DNA from: Phenylobacterium sp.
Lineage (GTDB): Bacteria > Pseudomonadota > Alphaproteobacteria > Caulobacterales > Caulobacteraceae
Direction: 5' to 3'
Assembly (NCBI RefSeq): GCF_022402485.1
Contig: NZ_JAKRSA010000015.1
Location: forward strand, 49,270-113,269
Length of the DNA: 64,000 nucleotides
The notes under the pieces are model-generated. The model was not told the DNA's origin. It was given only the letters and a program-made list of their open reading frames with translations, and searched no databases. The translations under genes were made by a program, and so were the position numbers. Below are positions 27,804-38,003 of this stretch, one piece after another (position 1 is the stretch's first letter; every line of letters starts with the position of its first letter).

Positions 27804-29024
27804 TTGCAGATGAGCCAGAGCGCGCCCTTTCCGGACGATACGTCCCCGCCGCAGTTCCGCTCCCGGGGCGCCCTGCTCCGGCGGCTAGCTGACGTGGTCT
27901 GTCTGCCTTCCAGCCGGATCAACGCCTTTGAACGCTCGGTCACCGCTGACCTCTTGATCGAGATGCTGCGGGACGCTTCGCCCGAGGAACGCCTCAAGGT
28001 GTGCCGCAGGCTGGCCGGCCTGACCGCCCCGCCGGCCCAACTGGTGCGGTTGCTGCTACATGACGGTCCGATGGTGGCGCGGCCCCTGCTGGAGGACTGC
28101 GACAGCCTTTCAGACTCTGACCTGCTCGATTGTGCCCGCACCGGCGGCTTAGAGCATCGGTTGATGATCGCAGGTCGAAAGGGTCTCAGCGAGGTCGTCG
28201 TGGACACCTTGTTGGCAACGGGCGAACTGAAGGTCGTGGAAACCCTCCTTGGCAACAAGGACGCGCAGATGAGTTACGGAGGGCTTGAGGCCCTGGTGGT
28301 GTTAAGTCGAGAGTCTCCACATCTGACCTCGGCACTTTTGCGCCGTCCAGAGCTGCGCCCGGCCCAGGCCTATGTGATCTTCTGGTGGGCCGACCCAGAG
28401 GCCCGCCGAACCATCCTTCAGCGCTTTGCGGTTTCGCGTGAAATCCTGCAGGAGGCCGCCGGGGACATTTTCCCCATGGCGGCCCAGGAGGGGTGGCAGG
28501 ACCCCATGTCCCGCAAGGCCTTGCAGTTCATCGAGCGGCGACAGCGCAATCGCGCGGCGATCGAAAAGAGCCCCTTTATCAGCCTGGAGGCGGCGATCGC
28601 CGCAGCTCAGCACGGTATGACGCGGGAGGTCGCTGAGGAGATCTCCTATTTGTCCGGGCTCAAACCGATGACCGGTGCCAAACTGTTCACCGATCCCGGA
28701 GGTGAACCGCTGGCTATCCTGTGCAAGGCGACGGGCCTGCCTCGCGCAGCCCTGCGGGCCTTGTGGCGAGGGCTAAGGCGGCCGGAGGTCGCTGAGGATG
28801 GTACGCCCAATCCCGCCTTTGAACGCACCATGTTGATCTACGACACCTTGGCCGTGGACCGGGCCCAGACGGTATTGCGCTATTGGAACTGGTCATTGTC
28901 ATCGGCAATGACGCCAGAGCTTCTGCGTGCCATCCGAGACGGAGATGACAGTGTCATCGATGAATACTCCCTCCCACAGCGGGCCGCGATGTTGGCCTTT
29001 GCTAACGAGTTAGGCCGCAACTAG
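27804..29024 (+). CDS. DUF2336 domain protein
   Basis: VARPLLEDC.SLSDSDL, HRLMIAGRKGLSEVVVDTL, LLGNKDA; paralogous to 43440-44537. CtrA half-site ATGGTTAA just upstream. Confidence 0.75.
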   Translation: MQMSQSAPFPDDTSPPQFRSRGALLRRLADVVCLPSSRINAFERSVTADLLIEMLRDASPEERLKVCRRLAGLTAPPAQLVRLLLHDGPMVARPLLEDCDSLSDSDLLDCARTGGLEHRLMIAGRKGLSEVVVDTLLATGELKVVETLLGNKDAQMSYGGLEALVVLSRESPHLTSALLRRPELRPAQAYVIFWWADPEARRTILQRFAVSREILQEAAGDIFPMAAQEGWQDPMSRKALQFIERRQRNRAAIEKSPFISLEAAIAAAQHGMTREVAEEISYLSGLKPMTGAKLFTDPGGEPLAILCKATGLPRAALRALWRGLRRPEVAEDGTPNPAFERTMLIYDTLAVDRAQTVLRYWNWSLSSAMTPELLRAIRDGDDSVIDEYSLPQRAAMLAFANELGRN

Positions 29025-29239
29025 GGATGCAAGAAGCCGCTAGCCTGATCTGACGTGGGGCCTTGGCGTCATACCGTTCCTACTCAACTCCCGCTCGCAA
29101 TTTTCAGCGTGATGCTCCAGCAAAGACAGACGGGCATTCTATTGTCTTGTGTAGGAGGGGCGTGGGCGATAAGTAGCTTACAACTGATCTAGGAATCAGA
29201 TGTTGTGGCGCTCGCATTGCGCTGTTCTGGGTAAATCAA

Positions 29240-29659
29240 ATGGACGAAAAAGCAGAAGTTATCGAGATGACCGCCGATATCGTGTCGGCCTATGTCGGAA
29301 ACAATTCCGTCGCCGCCGCCGATCTGCCGAACTTGATCCAGGCCGTGCATCGCGCGCTGGCTGGCGTCACCACGGCACCGGAGGCTGTGGAAGCTGCCCC
29401 CAAGGAACCTGCCGTTCCAGTGCGCCGCTCCATTACCCCGGACTTCCTGATCTGCCTGGAAGACGGTCGCAAGTTCAAGTCACTCAAGCGGCACCTGCGG
29501 ACGAAGTACAACATGAGTCCTGAGGAATACCGCGCGAAGTGGGGTCTTCCCAAAGACTACCCCATGGTGGCCCCTAACTACGCAAAGGCGCGTTCTGATC
29601 TCGCCAAGCAGATGGGTCTCGGCCAGGGTGGCCGGCAGGCGGCGCGCAAGAAGCGCTGA
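29240..29659 (+). CDS. mucR: MucR/Ros family transcriptional regulator
   Basis: [51 protein letters not shown]. Confidence 0.96.
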   Translation: MDEKAEVIEMTADIVSAYVGNNSVAAADLPNLIQAVHRALAGVTTAPEAVEAAPKEPAVPVRRSITPDFLICLEDGRKFKSLKRHLRTKYNMSPEEYRAKWGLPKDYPMVAPNYAKARSDLAKQMGLGQGGRQAARKKR

Positions 29660-29683
29660 TCTGACCTACCAAGAACATCAGGG

Positions 29684-29715
29684 ACGCCCGTCTCCGGCTG
29701 GAGGCGGGCGTTTTT
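29684..29715 (+). terminator. Intrinsic terminator of mucR
   Basis: ACGCCCGTCTCC-ggct-GGAGGCGGGCGT followed by TTTT. Confidence 0.82.
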
Positions 29716-29826
29716 GCATTCTGTGGACTTCTTTGGCTCTGCCTGCGATTTCGACTTGCCCTCGATTCGCCATACAGGCGATAAGTGATTCGTCGTGATT
29801 CCAAGGGGTTGTTAAGGAATCTGAAC

Positions 29827-30318
29827 ATGGCGGCTCAGATCGGGGCTTCGGCGGCTGCCGCCCGTGCTCATGAAGAAATATATGGCTATTGGGCCGGGTT
29901 GAGACGTGGACCGCGTCTGCCAGCCCGTGGGGATGTTGATCCCGCGGCCCTGAAGCGGCTGTTGCCGACCGTCAGCCTGATTGACGTCCGGCGAGAGCCG
30001 ATGGATTTCCGTGTCCGCCTGGCTGGCACAGGCCTCTATGGCATCTATGGGCGCGAGATTACCGGTCGCGCTTTGGGCGATGTCTATAACGCGGCGGCCG
30101 CGGACTATTGGCGAGACGAGCTGACCGCCGTGGTTGAGGAACGTCGCCCAGGCGTTGGGGTCCATAGTCTGGCCTGGCGCGGGGCCGGCCATGTCTCTCT
30201 CCTGTGGCTGCGCCTGCCCCTGGCCTCAAATGGCCGGGATGTGGACATGATCCTCGGCTACGACACCGTCATGGGCCAGCACAGCGAATCTGGTTTTTCA
30301 GGCATACGCGCTGCCTGA
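29827..30318 (+). CDS. Stand-alone PAS domain protein (PAS_5/DUF1457-like)
   Basis: YWAGLR...LPARGDVDP..LKRLLP, FRVRLAGT, LRLPLA. Confidence 0.8.
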   Translation: MAAQIGASAAAARAHEEIYGYWAGLRRGPRLPARGDVDPAALKRLLPTVSLIDVRREPMDFRVRLAGTGLYGIYGREITGRALGDVYNAAAADYWRDELTAVVEERRPGVGVHSLAWRGAGHVSLLWLRLPLASNGRDVDMILGYDTVMGQHSESGFSGIRAA

Positions 30319-30335
30319 TCGCGCTGTTTAACGGT

Positions 30336-30779
30336 TCAGGCGTTGGCCGCGTTCAGCGCTGCAGCATCCCGGGCGATCCGCTCAGCCATCGAGGCCAGAC
30401 CGTTGGCGCGTTGGGTGGACAGAGCCCCCGACAGTCCCAGCCGCTGAAACGCCCCGCGTACGTCAAAGGCCAGGATGTCGGCAGGGCGCCGCCCAGAAAA
30501 CAACCGCAGCAGGATGGCGACGAGGCCTCGGACGATATGGGCGTCAGAGTCGCCACGGAACACCACGGCACCGTCGGCCTGCGGCTCGGTGACCAGCCAC
30601 ACCTGACTGGCACAGCCGCGCACCTTGTTGGCGTCGGACCGCTCGGCCTCGCTGAGCGGGGCCAGTTCGGCGCCCAGCTCAATCACATAGCGATAGCGTT
30701 CCTCCCAGTCCCCCAGGAGGTCGAATTCCTCTGCCAAGTCGTCGAGGGTTTTCTGGATAGCGTCCATCTGCGTCCGCAC
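30336..30779 (-). CDS. sufE: SufE family Fe-S sulfur acceptor
   Basis: WEERYRYVIELG, KVRGCASQVW, GDSDAHIVRGL, LSTQRANGL. Confidence 0.94.
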   Translation of the reverse strand: MRTQMDAIQKTLDDLAEEFDLLGDWEERYRYVIELGAELAPLSEAERSDANKVRGCASQVWLVTEPQADGAVVFRGDSDAHIVRGLVAILLRLFSGRRPADILAFDVRGAFQRLGLSGALSTQRANGLASMAERIARDAAALNAANA

Positions 30780-30829
30780 TTAGGGGGCCGGAGGTCTTGG
30801 CGCAACGCGTCTGCGGCAAAACCCGTTGA

Positions 30830-31648
30830 TCAGGCCGCGGGCGCGGCCAGTCGGATCGCCACCTTCAAGCCGCCCTCAGGACCAGGGGAAAGGCTCAGAC
30901 CTCCGCCCATACTGCGACAGAGCATGTAGGCCAGGGGCAAACCGAGGCCGGCACCCTCGCCCCGGCGGATCAGGGCGTTCTCCCCCTGCTCGAAAGGCTT
31001 CAACAGACGGGGTATGTCCTGGGGGGGCACGCCAGGCCCCTGGTCAGTCATGATCAAGGTGACCCCGCCGTCCTGATTTTGCGCGGTGATCTTCACCTTG
31101 CCCCCCTCTGGTCCGTGGACCAGGGCGTTGCTGAGCAAGGCGGTGAGGGCGGTACGCACCCCTCGGGGATCTGCGACAATGTCTGGCAGCGTCCCCTGAC
31201 CCTCGATCACCACCTCGGCACGTCGGCTTTGAATCACCTCGGCAAGACTGTCGAGCACATCATCCAACACGTGATCGAGAGGCTCACGCCCCGCCGCCAG
31301 GTCGGCCGTCCCGCTGTCTAACCGCGCGATCTCCAGCACCTGATTGGCCAGGGCCAGGAGTTTCTGACCGCTATCGCGGATGAGTGTGGCGTATTCCTTG
31401 TACTCCGGGGCTCCTACAGGGCCGTAGATCTCCGCCGCGATCAGTTCGGAGAAGCCGAGAATAGAATTGAGTGGCGTGCGTAGCTCATGGCTGACCATCC
31501 GCAGGAACGACCGCCGCTGTTCCTCGGCCCTGGCTTCCATCCGCTCATAGACCGCCCGCCGCGCCTGTCGTCGAACCGCAGCTTCGCCCTGGTGGGCTGA
31601 GGCTGGGAGAGGGCTGTCTGCGAGGCGACGGGGGGCCGCATCTGGCAT
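30830..31648 (-). CDS. Sensor-less histidine kinase, DivJ/PleC family (CC1062-like)
   Basis: FLRMVSHELRTPLNSILGFSE, HATPase (G.GLGL); no input domain; divergent from divJ. Confidence 0.82.
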   Translation of the reverse strand: MPDAAPRRLADSPLPASAHQGEAAVRRQARRAVYERMEARAEEQRRSFLRMVSHELRTPLNSILGFSELIAAEIYGPVGAPEYKEYATLIRDSGQKLLALANQVLEIARLDSGTADLAAGREPLDHVLDDVLDSLAEVIQSRRAEVVIEGQGTLPDIVADPRGVRTALTALLSNALVHGPEGGKVKITAQNQDGGVTLIMTDQGPGVPPQDIPRLLKPFEQGENALIRRGEGAGLGLPLAYMLCRSMGGGLSLSPGPEGGLKVAIRLAAPAA

Positions 31649-31843
31649 GGGATGGGGCTCGTGGGTTGGACAATACAGCCGTCCAACTTGGGGGCGTGGA
31701 CTTACAAAATGGTTTCCCGTTGGTCCGACGGCCCGAAATGAGCGGGCTTTGGCCCCCGACTATGTCGCGCCAGGGGCGAGCGGGCTCGCTACAGGGGGGA
31801 GCCAGAGATAGGGTCAGGGGTTGTTAAACAGCGATTCCACCCC

Positions 31844-33538
31844 GTGAGCGCCAGACTGCGACCCGATCCAAGCATGGACGCCAAGCCCGATCGCCTCACC
31901 CGAGGTTCGGCCGCCCCCTCGGCGGAGGCTTTCTGGTGGAGCGCAGGCTGGCTCGCCCTGGTGGCCGGAGGTGCGGCCTTCGTCCTTGCCAGCGGGCCCC
32001 TGGGCCGTGCCCTAATCCTTGCCCTGGCCGGCGGGCCTGCCCTTGTGGATCTGTCGCTTCACCTTGCACGGCGTCGTTTCGACCCACGCCTGCGGCTGGT
32101 TGTCTGGACCGTCGGGCCGGGTCTGGCGATGCTGCTCAGCGGTGGTGCTCTGGGCCCCCTGGGCGTCTGGTGCCTGGCTCCGCTCTCAGCCAGCCTGATG
32201 GCGGGGCGGCCCAAAAGCGCTGCGACCGCCGGTGCGGTGGCGCTAGCCCTTTTTGGACTTGGACTCCTGGTGAGTCTTCTGGGCGGCGGCGGCGGTGTTA
32301 CCGGACAGGTCGACCTGGTCATGATGGGTGTGGCCCTGGCCACCACTGTGGGGGGATTTGCCCTGGGAGTGGTCAGTCTGCACCGCCGCATCGAGGTGAA
32401 GGACCGGGCGCAGGCCGGTGCCCTGGCGCGGCTCCAGCGCCTGCTGAGTGAGCAGCCCGCGCAACTCCTCGACATCCTGCCAGACGGGCGCATCGCCGGT
32501 GCCTATGGTCAATCTCTGGCTGGGCAGGATCTGGCTGGCCAGGTCTTCTTCGACTTGGCCCAGCCCCAGGGGCGGCACGAACTGGCCCGAGCCTTCCAGG
32601 TCGCCTTGCGGGAGGGTCACGCCGAATTTGCCTTCGCCCCCGCTGCCCATCCGGAAGCCTCGATCGAGGTGCGCCTGCGCCTCGGACGCTCCATGCGACT
32701 GGTGGCCCTGCTGACCGATGGTCAGGCCAGGCGCGCACAGGTGGCGGAACTTGAAGCCGCCCGTGCCGAGGCTGAGGCGCAGAACTCGGGCAAGTCGCGC
32801 TTCCTGGCCAATATGAGCCACGAATTGCGCACGCCTCTGAACGCCATCATGGGCTTTTCTGACATCATGCGCTCACGGCTGTTTGGGCCCTTGCCCGACC
32901 GCTATGGCGAGTATGCCGAGTTGATCCATGAGTCTGGCGGCCATCTGCTCGACCTGATCAACGATGTGCTGGACATGTCCAAGATCGAGGCCGAGCGCTT
33001 CGAGCTTAGCCGGGAAGTCTTCGATGGCCGCGAGGCCGTCAACGCTGTGCTGCGCCTGATGCGCGGCCAGGCTGACCGGGCCGGTGTGCAGCTGCGCGGG
33101 GTTCTGCCCCGCGAGTCCCTTGAGATCGATGCCGATCGTCGCGCCTTGAAACAGATTGCCCTCAACCTGGTCTCCAATGCGCTGAAGTTCACCCCTCGCC
33201 ACGGGGCGGTGACCGTCGGCCTGCAGGCGGTGGGGGGCATGATGGAGCTGGTGGTCGCCGACACCGGCATGGGCATGAGCCCGCAGGACCTGGCCCGCGT
33301 CGGGCGTCCCTATGAGCAGGCAGGCGACGCTGAACGGCGGGCGGCAGGAACGGGCCTTGGTCTCTCCCTGGTGCGCAGCTTCGCCGAGCTGCATGGGGGC
33401 GAGATGATACTGGAGAGTGTCTTGGGCGAGGGCACCACCGTCACCGTGCGGTTGCCCGTGCTGCTGGCACCCTATCAGCTAGGACAGGACCCAGTGCTGA
33501 GCCAACCCGAACGGGCCGAGACCCACGCCGAGTCCTAG
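31844..33538 (+). CDS. divJ: Cell-cycle histidine kinase DivJ
   Basis: Several N-terminal TMs, KSRFLANMSHELRTPLNAIMGFSDIM, DRRALKQI.LNL.SNA.KFT; neighbours sufE and DUF1491. Confidence 0.8.
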   Translation: MSARLRPDPSMDAKPDRLTRGSAAPSAEAFWWSAGWLALVAGGAAFVLASGPLGRALILALAGGPALVDLSLHLARRRFDPRLRLVVWTVGPGLAMLLSGGALGPLGVWCLAPLSASLMAGRPKSAATAGAVALALFGLGLLVSLLGGGGGVTGQVDLVMMGVALATTVGGFALGVVSLHRRIEVKDRAQAGALARLQRLLSEQPAQLLDILPDGRIAGAYGQSLAGQDLAGQVFFDLAQPQGRHELARAFQVALREGHAEFAFAPAAHPEASIEVRLRLGRSMRLVALLTDGQARRAQVAELEAARAEAEAQNSGKSRFLANMSHELRTPLNAIMGFSDIMRSRLFGPLPDRYGEYAELIHESGGHLLDLINDVLDMSKIEAERFELSREVFDGREAVNAVLRLMRGQADRAGVQLRGVLPRESLEIDADRRALKQIALNLVSNALKFTPRHGAVTVGLQAVGGMMELVVADTGMGMSPQDLARVGRPYEQAGDAERRAAGTGLGLSLVRSFAELHGGEMILESVLGEGTTVTVRLPVLLAPYQLGQDPVLSQPERAETHAES

Positions 33539-33555
33539 GGTCAGGCTCTTAGCCT

Positions 33556-34455
33556 TCAACGCGCTGCCATCTGCAGGAACGCACGACCGACCGCAAAGTC
33601 GCCCACTTCCACATAGACCCGGCGTGGGGGGCCTTCAGCGAACAGGAACTCTACCGCCACGGCTTCCCGAGGGTGCAGGGCTGACAGACGTGCGGCGGCC
33701 TCCTTGGGGAAGCGGAAGGCCCAGCCGGCGCCCATGGTTTCAGGGCGCAGATCAAGGCCAGCCTTGCTGCGCGCCTCGGCGGCATAGGTTCGAAGCGCCC
33801 CTGCCGGTGGCAGCCGCCGGGTCAGATCCTTGTCCCCGCGCAGGTCAAGATACGGTCGGCTGGCCCGGCTTTCATCGCGCAGCACCAGTCGCGCGCCGTA
33901 GGGCGCACGGCCGTCCTCGAAACTGGCCAGGGCCAGCAGGACCGGTCGAGTGTCCCGGCCGGCCAGGCCAAACACCATCTGACCGCCGGCAAAGTCTGTC
34001 TCCTGCGCAAGGCGCCAGCGGTGCACCTCAGCGCTGGAGGACCGGTCGGCCCGCCAGTCGGCGGTCTCACCGGGATAGGTCATCTGCCGCAGCTTTGCGA
34101 AGCCCTGGAAGGCATCGCGGACATGGGCGGCAGCGGCAGAGACTGCCGGCGAGTCGCAGACTACCGTGGCCGCAGAGGCTCGCGCGCGGGCATCGGCTCT
34201 AGACAGATCTTCGGCACTGGCCCCACCGCGCATGGCGGCATTTCGGGTCTGCACCCTGCCGGCCTCCAGGGCGGCGCGCAGGCCCGCATCAAAGAAGCCG
34301 CAACGGAGATCGGCGGCAGCCATGGCCGTGCGCTCGATATAGAGATCGAGGGGACCGGCAAGCGCAGAGAGCGGCGCAACCAGCAGTCCCGCTGCGGCGA
34401 CCGCCCCTGCCCACTTCGCCGTCCGACGCCGCGCCGTTTCGCGCCCGATCGTCAT
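33556..34455 (-). CDS. Conserved hypothetical exported protein
   Basis: Signal peptide (RRR...LLVAPLSALA); ends VYVEVGDFAVGRAFL; fills the gap between divJ and DUF1491. Confidence 0.7.
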   Translation of the reverse strand: MTIGRETARRRTAKWAGAVAAAGLLVAPLSALAGPLDLYIERTAMAAADLRCGFFDAGLRAALEAGRVQTRNAAMRGGASAEDLSRADARARASAATVVCDSPAVSAAAAHVRDAFQGFAKLRQMTYPGETADWRADRSSSAEVHRWRLAQETDFAGGQMVFGLAGRDTRPVLLALASFEDGRAPYGARLVLRDESRASRPYLDLRGDKDLTRRLPPAGALRTYAAEARSKAGLDLRPETMGAGWAFRFPKEAAARLSALHPREAVAVEFLFAEGPPRRVYVEVGDFAVGRAFLQMAAR

Positions 34456-34626
34456 ACGTCCACCTCACTTCACACCATGTGGCTCTGCGGCCCTCGGTCC
34501 ACCCTTAGCCCCCGAGCAGTTGTCGTTCGGTTAGCAGCCTCGACTTTCCCACTGCCGCTGCGGGTGGCTTGCAGCCACCCCCGACCCGTGTCCTATGCGG
34601 GGCACGTCTTCTGGGAGTGAACCGGC

Positions 34627-34959
34627 ATGATCTTGTCGACCGACGTCTGGGCTGCGGCCCTGATCCGCCGCGCCGAGCTGTCTGGCGGCTTTGGCGTGGT
34701 GGCGCGCAAGGGAGACGCCCGGGCCGGCGCTGTCCTGGTCAAGGCGGTCAATCTGTCTGACAAGACGGTCCGGCTCTATACCGAGGCCACTCGGGGCGAC
34801 GGCGAACGGATCTGGATGCGCCCGACCCTCGCCACCGACGAGCCGGAGGTGGACGCCTATGTCGCCCGCGCCGCCCGCATCGACCCCGACATCTGGGTGG
34901 TCGAGGTGGAAGACAAGCAGGGCCGTCATTTCCTCACCGAGCCGGTGGAAGAAACCTGA
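34627..34959 (+). CDS. DUF1491 family protein
   Basis: VARKGDARAGAVLVK, DPDIWVVEVEDKQGR. Confidence 0.9.
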   Translation: MILSTDVWAAALIRRAELSGGFGVVARKGDARAGAVLVKAVNLSDKTVRLYTEATRGDGERIWMRPTLATDEPEVDAYVARAARIDPDIWVVEVEDKQGRHFLTEPVEET

Positions 34960-35059
34960 TCTGAGGTCTTGCTGCAGCGTTAACCGGTTTCGTCCACGGA
35001 ACCGAAAGCCCGGTCGGGGCAGGATGCGCCTTCCCCCGACAGTGTAGGCGTATGGCGCA

Positions 35060-35440
35060 ATGCTCTTCCTCATGAACGACGTGGTGCTCGATCTTTCTGA
35101 GATGAAGCTGTCTCCGCGCCTGATGGCCGACCGGTTTCGCGCCCTGTCGTTTCCCGCGATCATGCGTATGGGCCAGGAGCTCTATGCCGAGACCCCTTTG
35201 CTGCATGTCGAGCGCCCGAACCGCGCCCGTCGGCTGGCCGCCCTGATCTCGGCCAAGGCCCCGACCATCAATGCGGCCCTGTTCGTGGTTCCAGGCTTTG
35301 GGGCCAACCCCCAGGAGGTCAGCATCCGCTTTGCGGAACTGGGCCGAGGCGCTCTGGACGACCTGCTGATCCGTCAGAACCAAGGCCACCTCGACACCCT
35401 GGCCTGTGATCGGCAGGTGTGGCGCCGTCTGGCGGCCTGA
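35060..35440 (+). CDS. Hypothetical protein
   Basis: 126-aa ORF MLFLMNDVVLDL..., coding-like composition, ends RRLAA. Confidence 0.7.
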   Translation: MLFLMNDVVLDLSEMKLSPRLMADRFRALSFPAIMRMGQELYAETPLLHVERPNRARRLAALISAKAPTINAALFVVPGFGANPQEVSIRFAELGRGALDDLLIRQNQGHLDTLACDRQVWRRLAA

Positions 35441-35495
35441 CCCCATCGTCGGCACGCCGTTTGCGTCTGAACGGCAGGCGCGCTAACCCGCGCCC

Positions 35496-37091
35496 ATGAC
35501 TCAATCTCCTGCCGCCCAGGCCGCGCGCCGCCGCACCTTTGCGATCATCTCCCACCCGGACGCCGGCAAGACCACGCTGACGGAAAACCTGCTGCTGGCC
35601 GGCGGGGCGATCCGCGCGGCCGGCCAGGTCCGCGCCCGGGGCGAGAACCGTCGCACCCGGTCGGACTGGATGAAGATCGAGCGCGAGCGGGGCATCTCCG
35701 TCTCGGCCAGCGTCATGACCTTCGACCACGACGGGCTGATGTTCAACCTGCTGGACACCCCAGGCCACGAGGACTTTTCCGAAGACACCTACCGCACCCT
35801 GACGGCCGCCGACGCCGCGGTCATGGTGCTGGACGCCGCCAAGGGCATTGAGCCGCAGACCTTGAAGCTGTTCGAGGTCTGCCGCCTGCGCGATATCCCC
35901 ATCGTCACCTTCATCAACAAGATGGACCGGGAGGCCCAGGACCCCTTCGAACTGCTGGACGAGATCTCCACCAAGCTGGCGCTGGATCCCGCGCCCCTCT
36001 ATTGGCCGGCCGGTTCGGGCGGGCGGTTCAAGGGCATGGTGGACCTGCGCCGGGGCCGCTTCCTGCCGTTTGCCAAGAAGACCGCCGACGAGGACGGCCA
36101 TCCCGACCCGATCGCGTTTAAGTCCAACGCCGTGGTCTCCTATCTCGACCCGGAGGAACAGGCCGAGGTGGAGGAGGGCGCCATGCTGGTGCAGGAGGCC
36201 TCCAAGCCCTTTGACCCGCAGTCCTTCCTGGAAGGCCACATGACCCCGGTGTTCTTCGGCTCGGCCCTTCGCAAGTTCGGGGTCGCCGAGCTGCTCGAGG
36301 GTCTGGGTGCCTATGCCCCGCCGCCGCACACCGTTCCGGCGCTTCGGAACGGGGAGACGATCCATGTGGCCCCAGGCGACCGGGAGGTCTCGGGTTTTGT
36401 CTTCAAGATCCAGGCAAACATGGATCCCAATCACCGCGACCGGGTGGCCTTTCTGCGGTTGACCTCCGGGCGCTTCAACCGGGGCATGAAGCTGAAGGTG
36501 CAGAACACTGGCCGGCAGCTGTCGGTCAATTCGCCGATCATGTTCTTCGCCTCCGACCGGGAACTGGCCGAGGAGGCCTTTGCTGGCGACGTCATCGGCA
36601 TCCCCAACCACGGGGTTCTGCGGGTGGGCGACAGCTTGTCGGAGACCGGGACCCTGCGGTTTGCCGGTCTGCCCAACTTCGCCCCGGAAATCCTCCAGCG
36701 GGTGCGGGTCAAGGATCCGCTGAAGGCCAAACACCTGAAGAAGGCTCTGGAGGGCCTTGCCGAGGAGGGCGTTACCCAGCTGTTCCGCCCCAACATCGGG
36801 GCCGACTTCATCGTTGGCGCGGTGGGCCAGCTGCAGTTCGAAGTGATGGCTGACCGCCTGGCCAACGAATATCAGCTGGAGGTGGCCTTTGAGCCCGCCC
36901 CCTATGCCGAAGCCCGCTGGCTGGGCGGCGAGGCGGTCGATGTGGAGGACTTCGCGGGCAAGCATCGCGGGGCCATGGCCAGCGACATCGACGCCCAGCC
37001 TGTCTTTCTGGCCAAGTCGACCTGGGAGATTGGCTATGTGGCCGAGCGCTATCCCAAGGTCCGGTTCGAGCGCTCGAAGGAACGGGCCTGA
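35496..37091 (+). CDS. prfC: Peptide chain release factor 3
   Basis: RRTFAIISHPDAGKTT, DWMKIERERGISV, DTPGHEDFSEDTYR, GAVGQLQFEV. Confidence 0.97.
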   Translation: MTQSPAAQAARRRTFAIISHPDAGKTTLTENLLLAGGAIRAAGQVRARGENRRTRSDWMKIERERGISVSASVMTFDHDGLMFNLLDTPGHEDFSEDTYRTLTAADAAVMVLDAAKGIEPQTLKLFEVCRLRDIPIVTFINKMDREAQDPFELLDEISTKLALDPAPLYWPAGSGGRFKGMVDLRRGRFLPFAKKTADEDGHPDPIAFKSNAVVSYLDPEEQAEVEEGAMLVQEASKPFDPQSFLEGHMTPVFFGSALRKFGVAELLEGLGAYAPPPHTVPALRNGETIHVAPGDREVSGFVFKIQANMDPNHRDRVAFLRLTSGRFNRGMKLKVQNTGRQLSVNSPIMFFASDRELAEEAFAGDVIGIPNHGVLRVGDSLSETGTLRFAGLPNFAPEILQRVRVKDPLKAKHLKKALEGLAEEGVTQLFRPNIGADFIVGAVGQLQFEVMADRLANEYQLEVAFEPAPYAEARWLGGEAVDVEDFAGKHRGAMASDIDAQPVFLAKSTWEIGYVAERYPKVRFERSKERA

Positions 37092-37094
37092 GCC

Positions 37095-38003
37095 ATGACC
37101 ACAGAGGCTGTCTATGGCCTGCCACCGCGGGAACTGGCCGAAGTCAGCTCTGGCGCGGCGCAGGTCTCGCCGCTGATCCCGGGCTCTGCGACCCTTGAAG
37201 AGTTCGCCGACCAGTCGCTGGACCGGGTCACCGTCCTGGCCCCGCCGGGCACGGTGGAGCGCCGCTATGTCCTGGCCCAGGCGCTGCGGGCCTTGAAGGT
37301 GGACGGCGCCCTGGTCGCCCTGGCGCCCAAGGCCAAGGGTGGTTCCCGCCTGGCCAAGGAGTTGAAGGCGTTCGGTCTGGAAGTCGCCGAGGACGCTCGA
37401 CGCCATCACCGCATCTGTGAGGTCTTGCGCCCAGCCGCACCTGACCTGATGGAGGCCATGGTGTCTGGTGCCCCGCGCCTTTCGGAGTCTCTTGGCCTTT
37501 GGACCCAGCCCGGTGTCTTCAGCTGGGACCGGATCGATCCTGGCACAGCCCTGCTGCTTGGCCGCCTCCCGGCTCAGTCTGGGGTCGGCGCCGATTTCGG
37601 CTGCGGCCTTGGCCTGCTGGCCCATGGGGTTCTGGCCTCGCCCGCCGTTACGCGCCTGACCCTCATCGATATCGACCGCCGGGCCGTGGACTGCGCCCGG
37701 CGCAACGTGAACGACCCCCGGGTCGACGTGGTCTGGGCCGATATTCGCGCCACAGGATCAGGGTTGAAGGATCTCGACTTCGTGGTGATGAACCCCCCGT
37801 TCCATGACGGGGGTGCCGAAGACCGGGCCCTGGGCGCAGCCTTCATCGCCCAGGCTGCCAGCGCGCTGCGGCATGGGGGCAAGCTGCTGATGGTGGCCAA
37901 CCGCCATCTGCCCTATGAGCGCCCCCTCGCCGACAGCTTCGGGTCCAAGGTCAAGCTCCTGGCCGAGGAGGGCGGCTACAAGCTCTATGAGGCGCGCCGG
38001 TGA
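37095..38003 (+). CDS. Class I SAM-dependent methyltransferase (RsmC/MTS-like)
   Basis: PGVFSWDRID.GT.LL, ADFGCGLG, VMNPPFH, MVANRHLPYE. Confidence 0.88.
   Translation: MTTEAVYGLPPRELAEVSSGAAQVSPLIPGSATLEEFADQSLDRVTVLAPPGTVERRYVLAQALRALKVDGALVALAPKAKGGSRLAKELKAFGLEVAEDARRHHRICEVLRPAAPDLMEAMVSGAPRLSESLGLWTQPGVFSWDRIDPGTALLLGRLPAQSGVGADFGCGLGLLAHGVLASPAVTRLTLIDIDRRAVDCARRNVNDPRVDVVWADIRATGSGLKDLDFVVMNPPFHDGGAEDRALGAAFIAQAASALRHGGKLLMVANRHLPYERPLADSFGSKVKLLAEEGGYKLYEARR

Noticed and set aside
35319-37625. Long antisense ORFs (768 aa here; also 10667-12232, 38823-40055, 17904-19118)
   Set aside because: Shadow frames opposite well-supported genes, expected in high-GC DNA; no motifs.
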